From a virus: a stretch of DNA of 64,000 nucleotides. This document shows, piece by piece, positions 43,162 to 50,453 of the stretch (positions are counted from its first letter, which is position 1; every line of letters starts with the position of its first letter). Both the position numbers and the translations under genes were made by a program. The notes below the pieces were generated by a model. That model did not search any database. It had not been told where the DNA came from and was given only the letters and a program-made list of their open reading frames with translations. The stretch covers positions 3,360-67,359 of IMG/VR virus record IMGVR_UViG_3300047994_000025; one strand, given 5' to 3'.

Positions 43162-43920
43162 ATGGCAAATCGGAAATTCACAGTGACGTTTGATGTCGCT
43201 GACGATGAATTCGAAAACTTCATGACCCGTCTTTCGGGCGGCAAGATTTTCGAAGGGGAAATTCCCCGCAATCTCACACTGAACACCGGCGAAGGTGACG
43301 AAGGCGACGGCCCGGTTAACACCGGATCGGTCGACAAGTTCGGCGTAACTTGGGATGCTCGATTCCACGGCGTCGCCAAGAATACGAACAAGGATGGTTC
43401 GTGGAAGCGCACCAAGGGTCTGTCGGACGCCGTCAAGGCTGAAGCCGACGCTTACGAAGCCGCACAGAAGGCGGCGTTTACCGGCAATGTGACCGGACCG
43501 GCTGTCACGGAACCCACTCCGGCACCTGTCGCCGCGCCTGTAACTGCCGCACCTGTGGCCGAACCCGCTCCGGTCGCCGCACCTGTCGGAATGCCCGGAC
43601 TGCCGGTCGCAGCGCCCGCCGCTCTTCCGCTTCCCGTCGCTCCGGTAGCGAAGCCGCCGATCAGCTATGAAGAAGTCGTCGCGCTCTTCGGTCAGGCGTC
43701 CGCGAAAGACCCGTCGATCGCCGCGAACTTCGCACAGCTTTACGCGGAATGCGGTATCAGCGATCCGAACGCGCTGACCACCGACGAAACTCTTCGTCGC
43801 AAGCTCGCCGACCGGCTTGAAGCCGTAATCGCGGCGGCTATCCGACTTTCGGGGTTGGAACCTCAGTCGAACAGACCTGCTCTCAAATCGCACTCCAAGG
43901 TTGACAGGTTGACCCCATGA
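43162..43920 (+). CDS. Conserved-looking hypothetical replication-module protein with Pro/Ala linker; C-terminus extended by element E2
   Basis: DKFGVTWDARFH...KDGSWKRTKG motif; native end LEAVIAA* now sits at 45470-45503. Confidence 0.7.
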   Translation: MANRKFTVTFDVADDEFENFMTRLSGGKIFEGEIPRNLTLNTGEGDEGDGPVNTGSVDKFGVTWDARFHGVAKNTNKDGSWKRTKGLSDAVKAEADAYEAAQKAAFTGNVTGPAVTEPTPAPVAAPVTAAPVAEPAPVAAPVGMPGLPVAAPAALPLPVAPVAKPPISYEEVVALFGQASAKDPSIAANFAQLYAECGISDPNALTTDETLRRKLADRLEAVIAAAIRLSGLEPQSNRPALKSHSKVDRLTP

Positions 43921-44183
43921 CCAATCGTCGTGTTCATAATCTTATCGTAGTCTGGATCGTTCAGCCTGATGCTGAAGTCGTAGATATCGATCAAGCGCTT
44001 GGTGCCGTACTTCAGCAGCGCCTTGGCTCGGAGCGTCTCCAGATCGTAGCCACGACCGCCGCACTGCTCGACGACCGGATCGGTGATGATCGTGTCGACG
44101 TACAACTTCCCGTCCAGCTCTTCGGTCTCCATGGCCAGGTAGCCATCCAGCCGCAGCAGATCAAACCCAACAATTCCCCGCAT
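43863..44183 (-). CDS. E2 cargo: hypothetical protein (106 aa)
   Basis: Protein-like composition, G-rich RBS before ATG 44183, stop just inside the left end. Confidence 0.55.
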   Translation of the reverse strand: MRGIVGFDLLRLDGYLAMETEELDGKLYVDTIITDPVVEQCGGRGYDLETLRAKALLKYGTKRLIDIYDFSIRLNDPDYDKIMNTTIGHGVNLSTLECDLRAGLFD

Positions 44184-44248
44184 GCCCGTCCCCGCTTTCG
44201 GCGCGGACATTACCGGGACCGGGTTACCAGTCAACTAAGGGTCGCGGC

Positions 44249-45394
44249 ATGACGGCTTACTACAACGAGATCGATCCGTACGCCGCTCAGTGGCTTCGCA
44301 ACCTCATAAGCAAAAACCTCATCGCTCCGGGCGATGTCGATGAAAGGAGCATCGTGGATGTCCATCCCGACGACCTCAAAGGGTACAGTCAGTGCCACTT
44401 TTTCGCAGGCATCGGAGGCTGGAGCCTCGGGGCACGGCTCGCAGGATGGCCAGACGATCGACCTCTTTGGACTGGTTCCTGCCCGTGCCAGCCGTTCTCA
44501 GCGGCAGGAAAAGGCGAAGGGAAAGCAGACAAGCGTCACCTCTGGCCAGTCTTCTTCAACCTCATCCGTGCCCAGCGGCCCCATGTCGTCATGGGAGAAC
44601 AGGTTGCGGCTGCGGTTGGAAAGGATTGGCTCGACGGAGTGCATTCTGACCTGGAAAGCATCGACTACGCCTGCGGGGCTGCCGTTGTCCCGGCTTGTGC
44701 CGTCGACGCGCCCCACAGAAGAGATCGCCTCTGGTTTGTGGCCCACCCCGACCCTGCCGAACGGCGGGAGATCGATAGCCTGCGCGGACGAATGGCGCGG
44801 CAATACCCCGTACCACAAAGGCAGGAAGCTTCAGGTGGACCTTTCCCAGACGGTAAGGATGGTCAAGGGCATAGCCCTGTGGCCAACGCCGAACAGCCAG
44901 ATCAGTGGGGATACCCCAGAGACGCACGAAGCGCGGCAAGCCAGGGTGGTGGCAAAGCATGGGCGCAGGATGGGGACACCATTGGTCGTGCATGCGATGC
45001 ACGCGGAATCGGGAACCACGATAGCGGCTCTATGGGCGACACCAAAAGCGTCGGACGGGAAGGGCAACATCTACCTACCAGAACCAGATTGCAGGCGGGT
45101 GGAGCTTCGGAAGCAGGTCGGCGGAATAGCACTTCATGGTCAGGAGCAGAGTTCATCGTCGGAGCGGACGGAAAAGCCCGGCGCATTGAACCCGGCATTC
45201 GTCTCCTGGCTCATGGGGTTCCCGCCAGAGTGGGAAGATTGCGCGCCTACGGAAACGCCATCGTCCCGCAAGTCGCGGCAGAAGTGATCGGCGCATTTAT
45301 GGAGACACACAGCCCGTCCGCCCGATCCGCTCCGAGCTTTGATCCACTACTCGGATCGGGCGGACTACCGTTGGAGCAAGGGAATGAGCAATGA
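44249..45394 (+). CDS. E2 cargo: C5-cytosine methyltransferase, large polypeptide
   Basis: FFAGIGG, TGSCPCQPFS, GEQV, HRRDRLWF, YGNAIVPQVA. Confidence 0.9.
   Translation: MTAYYNEIDPYAAQWLRNLISKNLIAPGDVDERSIVDVHPDDLKGYSQCHFFAGIGGWSLGARLAGWPDDRPLWTGSCPCQPFSAAGKGEGKADKRHLWPVFFNLIRAQRPHVVMGEQVAAAVGKDWLDGVHSDLESIDYACGAAVVPACAVDAPHRRDRLWFVAHPDPAERREIDSLRGRMARQYPVPQRQEASGGPFPDGKDGQGHSPVANAEQPDQWGYPRDARSAASQGGGKAWAQDGDTIGRACDARGIGNHDSGSMGDTKSVGREGQHLPTRTRLQAGGASEAGRRNSTSWSGAEFIVGADGKARRIEPGIRLLAHGVPARVGRLRAYGNAIVPQVAAEVIGAFMETHSPSARSAPSFDPLLGSGGLPLEQGNEQ
44334..45287 (+). CDS. E2 cargo: nested alternative-frame methyltransferase partner polypeptide (motif IX, WPTP repeats)
   Basis: 317-codon +1-frame ORF; LWPTP x2 and LWATP; LNPAFVSWLMGFPPEW. 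Confidence 0.75.
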   Translation: MSMKGASWMSIPTTSKGTVSATFSQASEAGASGHGSQDGQTIDLFGLVPARASRSQRQEKAKGKQTSVTSGQSSSTSSVPSGPMSSWENRLRLRLERIGSTECILTWKASTTPAGLPLSRLVPSTRPTEEIASGLWPTPTLPNGGRSIACADEWRGNTPYHKGRKLQVDLSQTVRMVKGIALWPTPNSQISGDTPETHEARQARVVAKHGRRMGTPLVVHAMHAESGTTIAALWATPKASDGKGNIYLPEPDCRRVELRKQVGGIALHGQEQSSSSERTEKPGALNPAFVSWLMGFPPEWEDCAPTETPSSRKSRQK

Positions 45395-45536
45395 TCGTAT
45401 CAACCTCGGAAGACGAAAGCAGGAGGGGACCCCCGAATGTCAGATCAACCTCAGAAATCGGAAAGCCCCCGCCGACCGGCTTGAAGCCGTAATCGCGGCT
45501 TAACACCGTCGACGGGCGCGAATGCCCGTCAAACAT

Positions 45537-45612
45537 TGGGGAGTCGCCAAGCGGTAAGGCACCGGCTTTTGGGTCCGGCATTTCATAGGTTCGAATCCTA
45601 TCTCCCCAACCA
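45537..45612 (+). tRNA. tRNA-Gln(UUG)
   Basis: Acceptor TGGGGAG/CTCCCCA, D arm GCCAAGCGGTAAGGC, anticodon loop TT-TTG-GG, GTTCGAATC, encoded CCA. Confidence 0.92.
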
Positions 45613-45634
45613 CTTCTTTTTCACCGGGTAAAAC

Positions 45635-46723
45635 ATGACGTATAATCTTCGACCGTCAGCGTCCGGTATATGGACGAAGTGCGCCGCAAATCCGCGCATT
45701 GCACAGAATGCAAAGACGATACCCGGCAGCACCGACGCCGCACGCGAAGGAACATGCGCGGCATGGGTCGCGGAATGTGTTCTTAAAGGCGGGTCGACGT
45801 GCGCCGACATGGTCGGTAAAGTGCACGAAAACGGTTGGGTCGTGGACTCCGAAATGGCGTATCACGTTCAAGGATACGTCGACATGGTGCGGTCGCGCGG
45901 TGGCACGATCAACGCCGAAATGTTCGTGCGTCTGACCGAGACGATCGCCGGTACGTATGACTCTTCGACGGTGTCGAGTGACGCCGAAACACTCTTCGGT
46001 GATGACCTGAAATACGGGTTCAAGATTGTCGACGTGTGGGAATGCACACAGTTGATTATCTATCTGTACGCCGAGTATATCCGGCTCGGTTGTCCGCCGT
46101 CGATCAAGAAAGTCACAATGGGGATTTACCAGCCGCGCGCGTTCCATCCAGAAGGCATTCACCGCACGTGGACGATATCAATTCAAGAACTGTACGAACG
46201 CGCCGCCAAGATCGCCGAGCAAGGCGAAGCGTGCCAAGACCCGAACGCCGTCGCGACTGCCGGAGCGCATTGCGAACACTGCAAAGGTCGGCTGGAATGC
46301 TTGACATTGTCGGCAAATCTTGGTGCGATGTACGAACGAATCGAGCGTGCCGAAAGCGGTCCGATGACGTCCGAACAGTTGGCGGAAGAAGCGAACTTCT
46401 TAGTCACCCTTGAGTCGATGCTGAAGGCGCGCAAGACGGCTGTTGAAGCCGAGCTTGAAACGCGACTTGACAACGATGAATACATCCGTGGATGGGGTAA
46501 GAAAGACCGTTTCGGCAATCGCGTTTTTACGGTTGACCCTGTCACGGTTCATCTGTTAACAGGTGTCAACCCGTTTGAAACGGTGACGATCACACCGGCG
46601 AAGTTGGAGCAAGCCGGAGCGAACAAGAACATCGTCAAGAGCATCACCCGCCAACCGAAAATCGGTTCGGCGTTGAAACAAACCACAGACAAAGATTTCG
46701 GGAGAATGTTACGTGACCGTTAA
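45635..46723 (+). CDS. Cas4-like PD-(D/E)xK exonuclease (DUF2800-like)
   Basis: LRPSA...W..C, AREGT.A, GTYD, DLKYG, QL..Y, IYQPR, HCEHC. Confidence 0.85.
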   Translation: MTYNLRPSASGIWTKCAANPRIAQNAKTIPGSTDAAREGTCAAWVAECVLKGGSTCADMVGKVHENGWVVDSEMAYHVQGYVDMVRSRGGTINAEMFVRLTETIAGTYDSSTVSSDAETLFGDDLKYGFKIVDVWECTQLIIYLYAEYIRLGCPPSIKKVTMGIYQPRAFHPEGIHRTWTISIQELYERAAKIAEQGEACQDPNAVATAGAHCEHCKGRLECLTLSANLGAMYERIERAESGPMTSEQLAEEANFLVTLESMLKARKTAVEAELETRLDNDEYIRGWGKKDRFGNRVFTVDPVTVHLLTGVNPFETVTITPAKLEQAGANKNIVKSITRQPKIGSALKQTTDKDFGRMLRDR

Positions 46724-47153
46724 AGAATGGATCGACGCCGTCATTCGCGGCGAACGCGTAAACGTCGGGCTTGTACTTGTTGGTCCGCGCGGATCGGGCA
46801 AGACCGTGGCAATCGAATTACTGAAGTGCATCGTTCCGGGTTACGGCGTCGCTACGTTTAAAACGTCATACGCGACACGTGACGTCGCGCGATCAGCTAG
46901 CGAAAATGACATAATCGTTTTCGACGGTATGATCAGTATGCACGACGTCGAAGTCGCCAAGGCTTACGTCGCTGAAAAGCAAGTCGAAGTCGTTCAGATC
47001 GGCAAGACCAACGAAATTCGCGACATCAAGGCGAACGTCATCGGAACCGCCGAGTTCTTCCCGGTCAATTTGATGGGTGAAGACGGACGTCGTTTTATCA
47101 CCGTCACACCGATTGCGTTCATTGCGCAACTGATTCCGTACCTTGCACGCTAA
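46713..47153 (+). CDS. Small stand-alone P-loop NTPase resembling the DUF5906/SF3 helicase core
   Basis: LVLVGPRGSGKT, IIVFD, DGRRF. Confidence 0.6.
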   Translation: MTVKEWIDAVIRGERVNVGLVLVGPRGSGKTVAIELLKCIVPGYGVATFKTSYATRDVARSASENDIIVFDGMISMHDVEVAKAYVAEKQVEVVQIGKTNEIRDIKANVIGTAEFFPVNLMGEDGRRFITVTPIAFIAQLIPYLAR

Positions 47154-47167
47154 CCGGAGAACATCGC

Positions 47168-47428
47168 GTGAAGAAAATTATCACCCTTGCGCTTGTCGCT
47201 GTCGCACTGTCAGCTTGTGAAGAAGGTAGTTACTTCAACGGCGACACCGTTCAACTTCGTTCCGACAAAGTCGGTCGACTCGAAGCGGTCGGCAACGACC
47301 TTCGTGTATATGAGTTCACCCCTCAAACCGATAAGACGATGCAATGCGTTTTCGTCTCCGGGGAGAAAAAGGGCGGTCTGCAATGCTGGAAAAAGTTCGG
47401 CTATGCAGGTGTTACACCAACGCGCTAA
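47168..47428 (+). CDS. Small lipoprotein
   Basis: MKKIITLALVAVALSAC lipobox. Confidence 0.75.
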   Translation: MKKIITLALVAVALSACEEGSYFNGDTVQLRSDKVGRLEAVGNDLRVYEFTPQTDKTMQCVFVSGEKKGGLQCWKKFGYAGVTPTR

Positions 47429-47483
47429 CGCGAGACGCGCGCACGGTTCTTTCATCCACTCGCAACTAGGAGACTAAAAGCAC

Positions 47484-48383
47484 ATGGCGCAAGACGCTAT
47501 TCACCTTCTTACCCCGATCGGTCGACTCGTTCGCGGTTCCCTGACCGAGCGTCAGAAGACGGACTATGACGGAAACCCTTACGAAGAAGGCAAGGGTCCG
47601 TTTGAACTCGGCTTCGCCGTTCGCAAGGACGACCCCGGCATCAACGACTTGCTCGGCAAGATTTACCAGCACGCGCACGCGGGCTATGGTGCGAATCCGA
47701 CCATTCAACAGCGCATGCTTGCCGAATACCAGTCCGGCTTTGCCATGGGTACGTTCCGGTTCAAGATTCGCGACGGGGACAAGCCGAACCAAGAAGGTCG
47801 TGTCAACGAAAACACGGTCGGGCATTGGGTGTTCAACCTGTCGTCGTACATCGCGTTCAAGGCGACTTATGTCACCGGCTACGGTCTGCCGAAGTTCAAG
47901 AACGCTTCGGGTGTCGACATTGAACCGATGACGGAAATTCAGCCTTCGCTGATCAAGATCGGCGATTACTGCCACATCAATATCGGTGTGAAGACCAACG
48001 ACAAGACCGACCACACGGCGGGTCTGTACATGAACGTGAACGCCGTCATTCTCGGCGCGTACGGTAACGCCATCACGGGCGGCATCGACCTTGCCACCGC
48101 GACGGCTGGTCTTGTCATCGGTGCACTTCCGGTCGGTGCGAGCGTCGCGCCTGTGTCCGGTGGCGGCGCACCCGCCGCGCTCCCAAACCCGACAGGCGGT
48201 GCGCCCGTTGCGGCGGCTCCCGTGATGGCGGCTCCCGCACCTGTGCAGGCAGCACCGGGCTTACCGGCTCCGGCGACTGCATCCCCTTCTAACGTCGCAC
48301 CGCACACGCAGTTCTTGCAAGGTCCGGGCGCGGTTGGCGGCGGTGCGCCTGTCGGTCTCCCGATCCCCGGTCAGACCGCGTAA
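47484..48383 (+). CDS. Single-stranded DNA-binding protein (DUF2815-like) with Pro/Ala tail
   Basis: TPIGRLV.GS, FKIRDGD, IKIGDY, GLYMN; position between nuclease and polymerase. Confidence 0.75.
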   Translation: MAQDAIHLLTPIGRLVRGSLTERQKTDYDGNPYEEGKGPFELGFAVRKDDPGINDLLGKIYQHAHAGYGANPTIQQRMLAEYQSGFAMGTFRFKIRDGDKPNQEGRVNENTVGHWVFNLSSYIAFKATYVTGYGLPKFKNASGVDIEPMTEIQPSLIKIGDYCHINIGVKTNDKTDHTAGLYMNVNAVILGAYGNAITGGIDLATATAGLVIGALPVGASVAPVSGGGAPAALPNPTGGAPVAAAPVMAAPAPVQAAPGLPAPATASPSNVAPHTQFLQGPGAVGGGAPVGLPIPGQTA

Positions 48384-48392
48384 CGAAGCAAC

Positions 48393-48420
48393 GGGACGGT
48401 TTAACAGCCGTCCCACTTTC
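48393..48420 (+). terminator. Hairpin after SSB gene
   Basis: GGGACGG...CCGTCCC followed by ACTTTC. Confidence 0.45.
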
Positions 48421-48436
48421 AACGGAGAAAATCGGA

Positions 48437-49012
48437 ATGCGTGATTTCAATGCGTTGGCGGCGGACATCCATCGTCGTAATCACAAGTGGTGGCACACCG
48501 AAGACGGCGTTCGTCTTGAACGCGAAGCCGGTGAACTGTTCATGCTTGCCGTATCGGAAGTCGCCGAAGGCATGGAAGGCGTTCGCAAGTCGAAGCCCGG
48601 TGCACCGCTGATGGACGACAAACTTCCGCACCGTGAAATGATCGAAGTCGAACTTGCCGACACGGTGATTCGCTTGCTCGATTCGTCGGTCGGAATGAAT
48701 ATCGGTATCGATACGAGTCTGATTGAACTTCGCGACCCTGTCGAAACGAACCGTGCGGCGGCGTTGCTCGGCATTGTGGCTTTCATTGTCGATCTGAACG
48801 AATGCTTCGCGATCGGCGGACAATCGCCGCTTGACGGTCGTCAGGAAGACGCACGCAACGCGATCAGCATGGCAATTGGCATCTGCTATGACTACGCGGC
48901 GCAATACGGTCACGACCTTGACGGCGCGATTGACGAAAAGCTAGCCTATAACGACAATCGGGCTGACCATTCGTACGAAGCGCGCAAGGCGGCGGGCGGA
49001 AAGGCGTTCTGA
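48437..49012 (+). CDS. MazG-like NTP pyrophosphohydrolase
   Basis: SEVAEGMEGVRK...EVELADTVIRLLD...AIDEKLAYN..RADH. Confidence 0.8.
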   Translation: MRDFNALAADIHRRNHKWWHTEDGVRLEREAGELFMLAVSEVAEGMEGVRKSKPGAPLMDDKLPHREMIEVELADTVIRLLDSSVGMNIGIDTSLIELRDPVETNRAAALLGIVAFIVDLNECFAIGGQSPLDGRQEDARNAISMAIGICYDYAAQYGHDLDGAIDEKLAYNDNRADHSYEARKAAGGKAF

Positions 49013-50158
49013 TGTCGGTCACCACGTGGGAACTGACACCTTGGTATCTCCGAATCTTCGGGTGGCCGGAGTACCGTCGCTTGCGTGGCGACACATGGGA
49101 ATATTACGATGAAGAAAAGCACGGGCGCGGACTATGGGTGAAGTGATCCGCGTCGGCGACACCGTGAAGATCATCACACCGGAAAGGTTTATCCGGTGTG
49201 GCTACCCATTCGATCAGGTCAAGGCGACTGACGATCTGATGACCTACTATCGCGACGAAATCGACGCGCTGATCGAAAAGGTCGATCCTAACCCGAAGTA
49301 TCGCAATTACATTCCGGAAGGCGACTATCGCGCGCTGTGTGGTCGTATCGCACGGATCGTCGCACAGCGCCAAGGGTTCGGCGGCAAGGAACGCACGCTT
49401 CATACCGAGCGTGACGAAACGCTGACCGGGCTTCGCTGCGAAGTTCGGGCGCGTAAAGTACACAAGACCGGGACGTATTTCCCGGCGACGGGCGGTCGTT
49501 CGTACAGTGTCGATTACGGGTACGACGATTACTTCGAACCGGGCGGCTTGTCGGACGAAAAGACACACGTCATTTTGACGCTTCAGCCGTTGTGGCATTA
49601 TGACGACTACGGATGCGCGACGAACTATAACCCCGACGTGGTCACGCCGATCATGATCGAACGAATTCATGTAGAGAAAGAACAGCCATGAACGAACAGA
49701 ACCAAGCCGCGAAATTCTTCCGCGAAATGACGCGCCGCAAATTCGGATGGCAGTCCGTCGCCGACGTGCTGATACTCATGGTGTCGTCATATCTGATGTC
49801 GATCGCGCCGGGTAATCAGGAAGCACAGCTTTCCGGCCTTGCCGCGTTTACCAAGGAAATCGAACGTCGCTTGAAGGTCGTGGGTCTGACCAACGAAACG
49901 GTGAACTGATGCTTCCCGGCGTCAACCCGCCCATTAACCCGCTGGCTTTCCCGTTGCCGAAGCCAGCGGCACCCACCGTGCGACACAACACGTGTTACGG
50001 GGAACCGCCGACCGACGAACATATCTTCGGTGATGAACACGGGCGCTTGCATACAGCGGAACAAGTGATTCGAGCGGAAGAAAATCGAGCGCATTGCACA
50101 ATCGGCCCGTTGCCTTTTATACTGTTGCGCAAAAACGTTATAACTGCCGAAGAATTTC

Positions 50159-50452
50159 TTGAAGCGGTTCAAGCACAAGGCTTCTATCTTGTCTGACGAA
50201 AAACCAGTCGTCTTGAACATTGATCTTGTCGGAATTTCACATGGCGGTTCGGTTTACATCGGTCGTTCGACAAAATACGGAAATCCTTACAAGATCGGCA
50301 AAGACGGTGACCGCGATGAAGTCTGCGAACTCTTCGAACGAAACGTGTTACCTACGTTAGACGTTTCGGAATTACGCGGGAAGAATTTGATTTGTCATTG
50401 CGCCCCTAAGCGTTGTCACGGCGACTCGATACTGGTGAAAGCGAACAAATAG
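50159..50452 (+). CDS. DUF4326 family protein
   Basis: VYIGRSTKYGNPY...LRGKNLICHCAPKRCHGD. Confidence 0.85.
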   Translation: MKRFKHKASILSDEKPVVLNIDLVGISHGGSVYIGRSTKYGNPYKIGKDGDRDEVCELFERNVLPTLDVSELRGKNLICHCAPKRCHGDSILVKANK

Positions 50453-50453
50453 T

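Larger units (their letters stand above)
43806..45499. mobile_element. Element E2: 1634-bp transposase-less insertion flanked by a 30-bp direct repeat
   Basis: CGCCGACCGGCTTGAAGCCGTAATCGCGGC at 43806-43835 and 45470-45499; imperfect inverted ends GGCTATCCGACTTTCGGGGTTG / GGCTTTCCGATTTCTGAGGTTG. Confidence 0.85.

Noticed and set aside
43917-44252. Plus-strand 111-aa ORF in E2
   Set aside because: V/D/Q/L-rich shadow-like composition; the minus-strand ORF 43863-44183 is the more plausible gene
45470-45612. 30-bp repeat near the tRNA read as an integrase att site of a tRNA-targeting island
   Set aside because: The repeat is the 3' end of a protein gene, not tRNA sequence, and no integrase was recognised
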